A stretch of DNA of 64,000 nt, taken from contig JBGTEY010000007.1 of the NCBI GenBank assembly GCA_041747555.1, positions 11,426 to 75,425 of the forward strand, read 5' to 3'. Positions 1 to 9,308 of this stretch are shown here, one piece after another; the stretch's first letter is position 1; every line of letters begins with the position of its first letter. This DNA comes from Patescibacteria group bacterium. Its GTDB lineage: Bacteria; Patescibacteriota; Microgenomatia; UBA1400; PJMF01. The translations under genes were made by a program, and so were the position numbers. The notes beneath the pieces are model-generated. The model was not told the DNA's origin and made no database searches. It was given only the letters and a program-made list of their open reading frames with translations.

Positions 1-1217
1 ACGGCATCTGAAAGAGACGTGATCTGATGACTTATGAGTGTGGGAGCCGTTTGCCCACTCCCTGGACTGGCAGTTGGTCCTGGAGTTGAGCCGAGCCCAT
101 CACAGAGGTCGTTGTGAGGGTTCTCGCTATTTCGACACCGCCCCACGTCCATTCGACAGTAATTTGAATTGCACTCACTATCCGAACTGCAAAGCTCATT
201 ACATGATTTTTTCTCTGGAGTGGCAGGATTCTCATCGGGGGAGTCATATTGGAATGTTTTGGTGACTTCAGAGTCAGCGGTGCTTGAGGGCGCAGTGATT
301 CTTGCAGCGGTCGTCCAATTAACCGAACTTGTGCCTGTGTATCCACCTGTTTCTAGTGTAAATTGAACAGTTTGACCTACAGTATTAGCAGGGACATTTG
401 AAATACTCCAAGTGATTGTGCGGTTTACCGTATCAATGACGGGAGTTGTGCCACCATATGCGGTGGATGCGGAGCCATTGACGTAGCTAACAACTTCAAC
501 AGAAGGTGTACCTTGACCAGAAATAGTGCCAAGACTCCATTCGGCCTGAACAGTGAGATTGGTTGAGTAGGCTAATTCTGAACCATAGGTAATTTCATAG
601 ACAACATCCTGATCTTGACTAAAGGTTGTCCCCGAGGTTAGAGCTGTAAGCTGTGCACTCAAGTCGTTCGTGTCAGCTGCTACAGTCGCAGTTACACCAA
701 TTTGATCAAACGAGACGACTGATACTTTTGGGGCAGCTGTATCTACAGTGCTTCCAAGTGATCTGGTGGCAAGGTACCATTGGTATCCCGTGCCACTTCC
801 TGCAGCAGGATTAGTGGTGATTCCGCCCGTAATATAAAAACCATAGAGTGTTCCTGGGGCAATATTTCCACCCGGAAAACTAACTGTAGATCCACTGACG
901 CCAGTGGCAGTAACTATGCCTGGATAGGCAGTTACTCCAGGCGGGAGAGATGCAGTTGAAACTGTGTAATTACTAGCAGTAGGGCTGATGTTCCAGGCTG
1001 AGCCGACTGTAACGTCGATACCATCCTCAACGGCAGTGCTAGTTGGGGTTACAAGTATTAAAATTGGTGTAGGAGTTTCACCTGATGCTTGTCTTTGAAG
1101 TCGTATAGCAGCACTAGTAAGGTCAGCTGCCATGATTGAACTTGCCAGACTAAAACTAGTGAGTAACAGTGCAAAAAAAACAACACAACCAAGCCAGATT
1201 TTTTCTGGGAATTTCAT
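1..1217 (-). CDS. Large secreted/surface protein, truncated by window edge (not in ORF track)
   Basis: Read by hand: ATG at 1217, MKFPEKIWLGCVVFFALLLTSFSLASSIMA signal-like peptide. The frame stays open to base 1, is Ser/Thr/Gly-rich and contains a Cys module KSCNELCSSDSECNSNYCRMDVGRCRNSENPHNDLC. Confidence 0.8.
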   Translation of the reverse strand, partial: MKFPEKIWLGCVVFFALLLTSFSLASSIMAADLTSAAIRLQRQASGETPTPILILVTPTSTAVEDGIDVTVGSAWNISPTASNYTVSTASLPPGVTAYPGIVTATGVSGSTVSFPGGNIAPGTLYGFYITGGITTNPAAGSGTGYQWYLATRSLGSTVDTAAPKVSVVSFDQIGVTATVAADTNDLSAQLTALTSGTTFSQDQDVVYEITYGSELAYSTNLTVQAEWSLGTISGQGTPSVEVVSYVNGSASTAYGGTTPVIDTVNRTITWSISNVPANTVGQTVQFTLETGGYTGTSSVNWTTAARITAPSSTADSEVTKTFQYDSPDENPATPEKKSCNELCSSDSECNSNYCRMDVGRCRNSENPHNDLCDGLGSTPGPTASPGSGQTAPTLISHQITSLSDA

Positions 1218-1338
1218 TACTCTATGATGACACAATACACACCCTCGCGTAAAGACACACCAGACATAAAAAAATCTTATAAAATGAGTATCTTTGGTGC
1301 TAGTAGATATGACACTCGACCTATGTATAATGGTGAAT

Positions 1339-2085
1339 ATGATGGCAAAAATTAAGAACGTAATAATGGGCGGCACAGGTGCTAGAGTACTCGTCGTAGT
1401 CATAGTATTACTATCACTTGCTACAGCAGGTTATTTTTACTGGCAGTATGAAAAAGAGCGGACCCAAAACCCATCGCATGAAATAGAAGAGGTGATCCAA
1501 CAAGTGGGCCGTCACATGGTTTTACCAGAAGGCACACCTGTATTAGCAACTGTCACCGACAAAGAAGCGCTTTCAGAGCAAGCCTTTTTCCAGAAAGCCG
1601 AAAATGGTGATAAGGTACTTATTTACCCTGATTCACAGCGTGTAATACTTTATCGTCCGAGTTTAGGAAAAATAATCGATGTCACTTCTGTCCGCACTCA
1701 GCAGACAGATACTGAAAACGACACAGGCACATCTGTATCTGTAGAATCAATTTCAAGCGGGAGTGAAACTGTCTCTGAACCTCAGGCAGAGGGTGATGCA
1801 GTGCGAATTGCAATTTATAATGGAACGTTGAGGTCTGGACTCACCAGACAGGTTCAAGATTTAGTTGAGGCGAGTATTTTTGATGTTTCAATTGTACGAC
1901 GAGAAAACGCAGCCAGGCAAGATTATACAGAAACACAAATTGTCAATCTTTCAGCCACAAATCAAGAGGCGCAATCATTAGCAGAATCACTCGGAGGAAC
2001 ACTGGGGAGTCTGCCAGAAGGTGAGTCACAACCCGAAGCTGATATTTTAATAATTGTTGGTAGCTCGTTTGGTTCAGGAGAATAA
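1339..2085 (+). CDS. Membrane-anchored protein with LytR C-terminal-like domain
   Basis: N-terminal TM; C-terminal RIAIYNGTLRSGLT...ADILIIVG matches the LytR_C pattern. TATAAT at 1326-1331 favours ATG 1339. Confidence 0.7.
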   Translation: MMAKIKNVIMGGTGARVLVVVIVLLSLATAGYFYWQYEKERTQNPSHEIEEVIQQVGRHMVLPEGTPVLATVTDKEALSEQAFFQKAENGDKVLIYPDSQRVILYRPSLGKIIDVTSVRTQQTDTENDTGTSVSVESISSGSETVSEPQAEGDAVRIAIYNGTLRSGLTRQVQDLVEASIFDVSIVRRENAARQDYTETQIVNLSATNQEAQSLAESLGGTLGSLPEGESQPEADILIIVGSSFGSGE

Positions 2086-2088
2086 GGT

Positions 2089-2454
2089 ATGACAAGCGCG
2101 AATAACACGCCTCAACATCGTGAATCTAAAACTGACGATTTTGTAACTGAAAAATCACAAGAACGCGATACATCAGGAAAACACCTGAAAGATTTGGAGC
2201 ACGCGCTCAGCACTTTGACAATGAGTGTTGATGCGCTTAGGAGGGATGTTGACCGACTCAATTCCTTCAGATTTGCATTTGGCACGTCTGTTTTGAGGGG
2301 TGTCGGGTATGCACTTGGTGCAACAGTGGTGGTCAGTTTGGTTGCAGCTGGTTTAGTGAGAACGGTAGAGTCAGTGGACTTTGTTCCTGTTGTACAAACT
2401 TTTTTTGATTCAGACTTTTTTCAGCAACTCCTTCTTGAGCTGAACCAACTGTAA
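2089..2454 (+). CDS. Small membrane protein (DUF5665-like)
   Basis: Coiled coil followed by the hydrophobic segment GVGYALGATVVV; 3 nt after the previous stop. Confidence 0.55.
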   Translation: MTSANNTPQHRESKTDDFVTEKSQERDTSGKHLKDLEHALSTLTMSVDALRRDVDRLNSFRFAFGTSVLRGVGYALGATVVVSLVAAGLVRTVESVDFVPVVQTFFDSDFFQQLLLELNQL

Positions 2455-2711
2455 TCTACCTTTAAGAATGCTGTGTGTACTGTCGCTGTATTGAGCATAC
2501 GAACGCGTTGGCGTACAATGCTGTGGTAAGCATGGAGTACCCGCCACTACATCAATCGCCTATTCTGTATTTTCAGACATCGTCATTCAGAGCCGGAATT
2601 CAGTCACCCCCGCACTATCGATACTTCCATTCACCAGAATTACTTGAAAACCAGGAACAAGCAGCTAAAGAAGGTGAGCATTCAGAGGGTTTGTCAGTAG
2701 AGTGAGTATCC

Positions 2712-3191
2712 TCAAATTCGCTCGATAATCTCATCGAGTGATCCACCGAGCCATTTGGAGGAAATATTCATATTTTCGTCAAGAACTACGAAGGTATGTT
2801 GATTGACAATTTCATATTGCTGGACGAGTTCAGCTTCTGTGTCGTAATCAACTTTAAAAATTTTGACGTTCTCTGGAATTGAGTCCATTCTGGAAACAAT
2901 GTCTTTTTCGGCAGCGCGGCATGTTGAGCACCATTCAGCGTGGAAGAATAATACCGTTGTGTTGCCCATTGCTACGGATGATTCAACTTCGGACTGACTG
3001 TAATCTTGGAATGTGCCGGGGGTTTTAACTACTGACGGTGTGTCACTAACTGTGTCTAGTGGGGCCACAGGTGTCGTGTCAGCAGCGCTTGGCTCCTGAT
3101 TTTGTGAGGCCTGGGGTGTACACCCGGCGAGCAATACACTTGAGATTAGAGCAGTGGTAAAAAATAGTATTTTGTGGTGATAGTGTTTCAT
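2712..3191 (-). CDS. Thioredoxin-family lipoprotein
   Basis: Lipobox LLAGC; active site FHAEWCSTC. Confidence 0.85.
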   Translation of the reverse strand: MKHYHHKILFFTTALISSVLLAGCTPQASQNQEPSAADTTPVAPLDTVSDTPSVVKTPGTFQDYSQSEVESSVAMGNTTVLFFHAEWCSTCRAAEKDIVSRMDSIPENVKIFKVDYDTEAELVQQYEIVNQHTFVVLDENMNISSKWLGGSLDEIIERI

Positions 3192-3205
3192 ATCGCAACT
3201 ATACC

Positions 3206-3958
3206 TTATTTTCTTGATAAAACCAAAAAACGAACCTTACCAAATGAGTCCTGCAACTGCGTTGCGGACCATTGAGCTGCGTGTTCGGTTCTCAAAATAT
3301 CATCGACCGTATGAATTTCATTAATTTCAAAAAAAAGTGTTGTATCCTGATGCGTGAACGGCATGACTGTAGTAAGGAGTTGGTGAAAGAGCTCTGTACC
3401 GTTTTGCCCCCCGTCGAGTGCTAGATGTGGCTCATGGTTACGCACAGAGTCAGGGAGCGTAGTCATTTCTGATGAAGTCACATATGGCAGATTGGCACTG
3501 ATAATATCAAAGGTTTCACCGGCTGGGATATTTTCAAGTACATTGCTATGAATGAATTGAATCGAATAGTCTTTAGATAGTAGTGCAGCTCTATTTTGAC
3601 GCGCTACATCAAGTGCAGCGGGCGAAATATCAGTGAGCATTACAGTAATCTGATGTGCAGGAAAGCGTCGAGCCACAGAAATGCCGATTGCCCCAGTTCC
3701 GGTACCGACATCAAGGAGTGAAGCTGGTTCAGTGCCAAATTTTTCTTCAATGTGGGTGCAGATATAATCGACGAGTTCTTCAGTTTCAATCCGTGGAATG
3801 AGCGTGTCCGGTGTGCACATAAATTCGCTGTCACAAAAGGTAACGCGCCCTGTAATGTACTCAACCGGCGTGGTATCAGCGTCATGAAACTTGGTTGGAT
3901 TAATGCCAGCTCGAGCGAGTTGGGTAAGTTCGTATGGTGAAAAGCGTCGCTGTGGCAT
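3206..3958 (-). CDS. prmC: Release factor glutamine methyltransferase
   Basis: LIPRIETEELV, DVGTGTGAI and ANLPYV motifs; N-terminal domain is shortened. Confidence 0.9.
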   Translation of the reverse strand: MPQRRFSPYELTQLARAGINPTKFHDADTTPVEYITGRVTFCDSEFMCTPDTLIPRIETEELVDYICTHIEEKFGTEPASLLDVGTGTGAIGISVARRFPAHQITVMLTDISPAALDVARQNRAALLSKDYSIQFIHSNVLENIPAGETFDIISANLPYVTSSEMTTLPDSVRNHEPHLALDGGQNGTELFHQLLTTVMPFTHQDTTLFFEINEIHTVDDILRTEHAAQWSATQLQDSFGKVRFLVLSRK

Positions 3959-4107
3959 ATGTGACTTATTCGTAGAGTTGACATTAGTGGTTGAGTGTTA
4001 AATACTACAACATGTAGTAATAAATACTCGATCACTGCATATTTTTTCCACGAGTGTGGATTTCTACAGACAAAGTATACAGCAACGGCGTACAATACGA
4101 ATCTATC

Positions 4108-4848
4108 ATGCCACAACTCATATTTGATGGCTCACAAGTTACCATACTCATCGCTTTCTTAGGCGGAATTTTGACGTTTTTTGCCTCGTGTCTTTTGCCG
4201 TTGGTACCTACATACCTGGCATATTTAAGCGGTGTACAGCTCAAAAGTGATTCGAAAGGTCGTAGGACTGTGTTTCGGGCTGCATTGTTTTTTGTGTTTG
4301 GGTTCATTTCTGTCTTCATCCTACTTGGCTTGGCAGCCTATCAATTTGCTGCGATTGTCGCTCCGTATCGAGAGATAGTGAGTCGAATGAGTGGGGTTCT
4401 TTTTATTGCAATGGGGCTCTTTATGCTCGGCGTGTTCAAGCACTTTGGTCAGACTGAGAGAAAATTACATCTGGAAAACTTATTTCAAAATCACGTCCAC
4501 ATCCATGCACTACTCACTGGTGTCGCATTTGGTTTTGGGTGGAGTCCTTGTATTGGGCCGGTATTAGCAGTCATTCTGTTTTGGTCGGCTGCACAAGAAA
4601 CTATGTTGATGGGCACGCTACTTTTACTCGTGTATGGTTTTGGTCTAGGTTTGCCATTTTTGTTAGCCGCGCTTGGTCTAGAAAAGGTTTTAAAAAAGAT
4701 TACACAGAACCCGTCAATTGCGCGAAATCTCAATCTTTTCTCAGCAGTATTGATTATCCTTGCAGGATTGGCATTGTTGACTGGAACACTCGACGCAATC
4801 AGCTTTTGGGTGTTATCACGCTTTAACCTGAGCGCACTAGCAGCATGA
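4108..4848 (+). CDS. ccdA: CcdA/DsbD-family thiol-disulfide membrane protein
   Basis: FFASCLLPLVP and WSPCIGPVL motifs; TACAAT at 4091-4096 favours ATG 4108. Confidence 0.88.
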   Translation: MPQLIFDGSQVTILIAFLGGILTFFASCLLPLVPTYLAYLSGVQLKSDSKGRRTVFRAALFFVFGFISVFILLGLAAYQFAAIVAPYREIVSRMSGVLFIAMGLFMLGVFKHFGQTERKLHLENLFQNHVHIHALLTGVAFGFGWSPCIGPVLAVILFWSAAQETMLMGTLLLLVYGFGLGLPFLLAALGLEKVLKKITQNPSIARNLNLFSAVLIILAGLALLTGTLDAISFWVLSRFNLSALAA

Positions 4849-4925
4849 GTGATGCCAGCGGTCTTATTTGCTCCGAGTGTGTTACAATTTCAGCATACAA
4901 ACGGTGTTTTTAGTAAGAAAAAAAT

Positions 4926-5357
4926 ATGTCTACGCTCCAATTAAAACTCCAAGATGATATGAAAACCGCACTGCGAGCACATGATTCTGTGCGGCTCGGT
5001 GTTATTCGATTCGCACTTTCTTTGATAAAAAATGCAGAAATCGATGGCGGCCCACAATCCGACGATCAAATAGTCTCACTCCTCTCAAAAGAAGTTAAAA
5101 AAATGTCTGAGGCTACCGAGCAGTTTGCGGTTGCGGGTCGAGATGAATTAGTGAAAGAAGAATTGGTTAAAATCGATATTCTCAAATCCTATCTCCCAGA
5201 AAAAATGGACGAATCAGAATTGAGAGCAATCGTAACCACCGTACGAGAAAGCATGCCTGATGCACAGATTGGTCAAATAATCGGTGCAGTAATGAAGCAA
5301 GTTGGCAGTAAAGCCGATGGTGGAATGGTATCTAAATTGGTACGAGAACTACTTTAA
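4926..5357 (+). CDS. GatB/YqeY domain protein
   Basis: DMKTALRA...YLP...IGAVMKQVGSKADG pattern. Confidence 0.88.
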   Translation: MSTLQLKLQDDMKTALRAHDSVRLGVIRFALSLIKNAEIDGGPQSDDQIVSLLSKEVKKMSEATEQFAVAGRDELVKEELVKIDILKSYLPEKMDESELRAIVTTVRESMPDAQIGQIIGAVMKQVGSKADGGMVSKLVRELL

Positions 5358-5363
5358 ATTCCC

Positions 5364-6008
5364 ATGCGCACAAAAAGTATCGGAGAGGTACTGAGGGAGG
5401 AACGGACATCGCATCGTTTTCCATTGGATAAACTTTCTAAACAAACGAGAATACGACTTGAATACCTCAAAGCACTCGAGAATAATCAGTTTGATTTACT
5501 ACCTGCCGCTACGTTTGTGAAGGGGTATATTAAGACCTATGCCAAAGTGTTTGGTTTTGATCACCAACCTGTTTTGGCATTGCTCAGACGTGATTATCGC
5601 GAAAGCGCCAAAGGCAAGCTTGTTCCTAGGGAGTTTATAAAACCCGTCCTTAAGCCACGAATGCGAAATCACCGGGTGACTGGGGTCGTAGTTGGCGCTG
5701 TATTCGTCTTTTTTACCTTGCTGGGGTATGTTGGTGTGCAGTGGTATCACTTGCAACAGCCTCCTTCGCTCTCAATATCTCTCCCAGAAGATCATGCAAC
5801 CGTTGCGGCGACAGTCCCCATTGTTGGCAGAACCACCCCAGAAGCGACCGTACACGTTAATCAAGAACCTGTTGCTATCCAGCCTGACGGTAGCTTTCAA
5901 ACTCAGATCAATATTCCGAAAGAAGGTATAGCATTTATTGAAGTCACTGCTGTTGATCGACGTGGGAAAGAAAATAGCATTATTCGCACGGTAACTGTCG
6001 AATTTTAA
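5364..6008 (+). CDS. RodZ-like HTH membrane protein with Ig-like C-terminus
   Basis: IGEVLREER...YLKALEN...FVKGYIKTYA HTH, one TM, then a beta-rich domain. Confidence 0.8.
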   Translation: MRTKSIGEVLREERTSHRFPLDKLSKQTRIRLEYLKALENNQFDLLPAATFVKGYIKTYAKVFGFDHQPVLALLRRDYRESAKGKLVPREFIKPVLKPRMRNHRVTGVVVGAVFVFFTLLGYVGVQWYHLQQPPSLSISLPEDHATVAATVPIVGRTTPEATVHVNQEPVAIQPDGSFQTQINIPKEGIAFIEVTAVDRRGKENSIIRTVTVEF

Positions 6009-6092
6009 TCAAGCTCGAAGCTGCCAGCTGACAAGAGAGTCCAATCTGTAGTAGGATGGTGCTGAGCTGTACTTACTCAAAAAAAGGTTTTT

Positions 6093-6359
6093 ATGGAAAT
6101 TGTTCCCATTGTATTTTCGGTTGTGCTGGTGATTTTGGCTATTGTTTTAAGCGTGGTTGGAATTCAGGTAATTCTGGTGCTGATGGAAGTTCGAAAAACT
6201 CTAACTCGAGTAAATACGACTATTGATTTGGCAGAAATGAAGTTGCAATCAATAGTACAGCCTCTCCAAAGTTTAGGAGGAGCAGCTGCTGGACTCAAAA
6301 CTGGTCTAAAGGTATTCGAAACCTTCGTTACCTGGCTAAGACGCGATGAAAAAGAATAA
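6093..6359 (+). CDS. DUF948/YoxC-like small membrane protein
   Basis: N-terminal TM followed by coiled coil; paired with a YtxH-like gene. Confidence 0.55.
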   Translation: MEIVPIVFSVVLVILAIVLSVVGIQVILVLMEVRKTLTRVNTTIDLAEMKLQSIVQPLQSLGGAAAGLKTGLKVFETFVTWLRRDEKE

Positions 6360-6714
6360 TTCTACCGATGATTCAGGATCATTTTTCTCAGGACTGACAA
6401 TTGGCCTTTTTGCTGGGGCAGTCGGGTATTATCTGTTTGCGTCAGAAAAAGGGTCAAAATTGGTTAAAAAAGTCTCTTCAGAATGGGAAAAAGCTCAAAA
6501 AGAGTTTCCTGCAAAAGTTGAAGAGAGTGCTCCAGCCACAACCATTAAGACAGGAGTGCTGAGTTTTATACACGAATTGATTTCCAGTTTAGAGGATGCG
6601 AACGAGTCGCAAATTACTAGAAATAATTCAAACGACGACGATTCGCTAACTAATAGTGCATCCAAGCGAGTTCGAAAAAAATCTACGAAGTCCCAGTTTA
6701 AAAACACAAACTAA
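6346..6714 (+). CDS. YtxH-like protein
   Basis: FFSGLTIGLFAGAVGYYLFASEKG motif. Confidence 0.6.
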   Translation: MKKNNSTDDSGSFFSGLTIGLFAGAVGYYLFASEKGSKLVKKVSSEWEKAQKEFPAKVEESAPATTIKTGVLSFIHELISSLEDANESQITRNNSNDDDSLTNSASKRVRKKSTKSQFKNTN

Positions 6715-6757
6715 CTACTTCAGTTTTAATTTTTAACTTTAATACATCAAAAAAATG

Positions 6758-7321
6758 TTATTGTTGATCTAATTCTTGCTGAAATTGGCCAGCTTCTCGA
6801 CAATACTTACCTAATAGATCTGGATCCAAACCGAAAAATTGATTTTCTAAAGTAAGCTCACCTTCGGTGAGAGGAACTAGGCAGGTATAGGGATTAACAA
6901 TTGTTTCAATGACAGATTCAACATTCAGCGCGCAATACTCCGTGGTACCTGTGGACGACTGAACTGGTCGAATGCCATGAACTTCATATGTAGTAGTGGT
7001 ATTTGTGTCTGCGCCATTGAGCGTGTAGGTGCGAGGCTCGCACGTTTTGAAATCTAATACTAAGCTTTCCGCAACGTACTCATTATAGGGTTTATCTGGC
7101 TCGATTATTCCGAGTGGATTCTCTGGCCCAGGTGGATGTTCTTCATCGGGCAAGAAATCATTGCCAGGTATAAAAAGAATAACGCCGATGACCAGAAGCA
7201 CTATCAAAAGGCCGGTGAGTATTTGAGTGGTGCGATGTTTTTTAGGTGTTGAGGGTGAGGCATCAGTCATTGCTGCTTGAGTGCTTGCGACCTCATGGTG
7301 TTGCTGTTGTGTTTCTTGCAT
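6758..7321 (-). CDS. Hypothetical single-pass membrane protein
   Basis: TM ILTGLLIVLLVIGVILFI and four Cys in the C-terminal part; start at 7321 or 7360. Confidence 0.65.
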   Translation of the reverse strand: MQETQQQHHEVASTQAAMTDASPSTPKKHRTTQILTGLLIVLLVIGVILFIPGNDFLPDEEHPPGPENPLGIIEPDKPYNEYVAESLVLDFKTCEPRTYTLNGADTNTTTTYEVHGIRPVQSSTGTTEYCALNVESVIETIVNPYTCLVPLTEGELTLENQFFGLDPDLLGKYCREAGQFQQELDQQ

Positions 7322-7400
7322 TTTTTCTTGGTCTTTGTGGTATGTCCCTATTTTACACATTTGACACGCTGTATCACAAGGACTACAATTCCCTCAAGAA

Positions 7401-9263
7401 ATGACCATAAATGATATTCGAAAATCCTATTTAGACTTTTTTGAGGCCCAAAGTCACGCAGTAGTGCCTTCTTCAAATATTGTTCCAGAAAATGACCCCA
7501 CGACATTATTTACCGGTTCTGGCATGCAACCAATGGTGCCGTACCTACTCGGTGAAACCCATCCAAAGGGTACGAGGATTGTCGATTCACAAAAATGTTT
7601 TCGGACGCAAGATATTGAAGAAGTCGGAGATAATCGACACACTACCTTTTTTGAAATGCTGGGAAATTGGTCATTAGGGGATTATTTTAAGAAAGATCAA
7701 CTTACTTGGCTTTTTACATTTCTGACAAGTGAACTTGGTCTTCCCGCAGAGCGATTGTATGCGACGGTGTTTAGTGGGAACAAATCCCTTGGAATTGATC
7801 AGGATGATGAATCGGTTGACATCTGGAAAAAGCTTTTCTCTGATGCAGGGGTGCGCGCAGAAGCCAAGAAACATGCAGAAGAAAAAGGCATGCAGGGAGG
7901 TCGAATTTTTTACTACGATGAAACCAAAAACTGGTGGTCCCGTGCGGGTGTGCCAGACAACATGCCGCCCGGTGAGCCAGGAGGTCCTGATAGTGAAGTT
8001 TTTTACGATTTTGGTGAGGATCGTGGATTTCACGAGCTTTCTGAATGGAAAGATCAGCCGTGTCACGTGAATTGTGATTGTGGACGGTTTATTGAAATTG
8101 GAAATTCTGTGTTTATGGAATTCCAAAAGCAAGAAGATGGGTCGTTTGAACCGCTAGCGCATAAGAATGTTGATTTTGGTGGTGGACTTGAGCGAATCGG
8201 TGCTGCTGTGCTTGATAATCCAGACGTGTTCAGGACCACAGGCTTCATGCCAATCATTCGATTTTTAGAAGAAAAAACAAAGAGAAGTTATGATGAAATA
8301 GAAGTCCAGCATAGTTTTCGGGTGATTGCAGATCATGTTCGTGCTGCAGTTATGATGGCATCCGACGGCGTACGTCCATCAAACAAAGAGCAAGGCTATT
8401 TTTTGAGACGGGTAATTCGTCGCGGTATTCGGTATGCAAAATTGGTCAATATAGATGAATCCATACTTTCTGACCTGGTTCCAATTGTGGCTAAGATCTA
8501 TGCGGACGTCTATCCAGAGGTTGCAGTAAACGCACAAGAGCTTGCAACCGTATTGAGCCAAGAAGAAGCAAAATTTTCCAAGGCTCTCGATAGAGGTTTA
8601 GCAGAAATTGAAAAACTCCCCAAAATTGACGGCGTCATGGCGTTTAAGCTCTATGAAACGTATGGATTTCCTTTTGAATTAACCCAAGAAATCGCAGCAG
8701 AGAGAGGTCAACCTCTAGAAAGAAGAGAATTTGATGACGCCAGAGCTGCTCATGCCAAGAAGTCGCGGACAGCATCTGCGGGTAGATTTAAAGGTGGTCT
8801 CCAAGACAGCAGTGAAATCACAACGCAGTATCACACCGCGACGCATCTCTTGCATGCCGCACTCAGAAAAGTACTAGGGGACCACGTGCAACAAAAGGGC
8901 TCTCATATCACTGCTGAACGGGCTCGATTTGATTTTTCACATGGCCAAGCACTTTCAGAAGATGAATTAAATGCCGTTGAAAGCCAAATTAATAAGTGGA
9001 TTGCAGCCGCGTTACCAATGACTGCACAAACTCTTCTCAAACAAACCGCACTCAAAGCAGGTGCACTTGCTTTTTTTGTTGAAAAGTACCCTGACGAAGT
9101 AACCGTGTACACAATTGGCAAGGATCCAGACACGGATTGGATCTCAAAAGAGCTTTGTGGCGGTCCGCATGTCGAGAACACAGGTGAAATACCACCTATT
9201 GAAGTATTCAAAGAACAAGCTAGCAGTAGCGGTGTTCGTCGTGTGTATCTCAGGGCTCGCTAA
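7401..9263 (+). CDS. alaS: Alanine--tRNA ligase (short form, no C-Ala domain)
   Basis: DPTTLFTGSGM, HTTFFEMLGNWSLGDYFK, HTATHLLH and ELCGGPH motifs. Confidence 0.97.
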   Translation: MTINDIRKSYLDFFEAQSHAVVPSSNIVPENDPTTLFTGSGMQPMVPYLLGETHPKGTRIVDSQKCFRTQDIEEVGDNRHTTFFEMLGNWSLGDYFKKDQLTWLFTFLTSELGLPAERLYATVFSGNKSLGIDQDDESVDIWKKLFSDAGVRAEAKKHAEEKGMQGGRIFYYDETKNWWSRAGVPDNMPPGEPGGPDSEVFYDFGEDRGFHELSEWKDQPCHVNCDCGRFIEIGNSVFMEFQKQEDGSFEPLAHKNVDFGGGLERIGAAVLDNPDVFRTTGFMPIIRFLEEKTKRSYDEIEVQHSFRVIADHVRAAVMMASDGVRPSNKEQGYFLRRVIRRGIRYAKLVNIDESILSDLVPIVAKIYADVYPEVAVNAQELATVLSQEEAKFSKALDRGLAEIEKLPKIDGVMAFKLYETYGFPFELTQEIAAERGQPLERREFDDARAAHAKKSRTASAGRFKGGLQDSSEITTQYHTATHLLHAALRKVLGDHVQQKGSHITAERARFDFSHGQALSEDELNAVESQINKWIAAALPMTAQTLLKQTALKAGALAFFVEKYPDEVTVYTIGKDPDTDWISKELCGGPHVENTGEIPPIEVFKEQASSSGVRRVYLRAR

Positions 9264-9308
9264 AACGTCCTATTCTCATAACGCCTAGAGTTTGGTTAAA
9301 TGGTAAGG

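Noticed and set aside
2475-2705. 76-aa ORF, possibly starting at ATG 2532
   Set aside because: No recognisable motif or clear initiation signal, so it cannot be supported as a gene.
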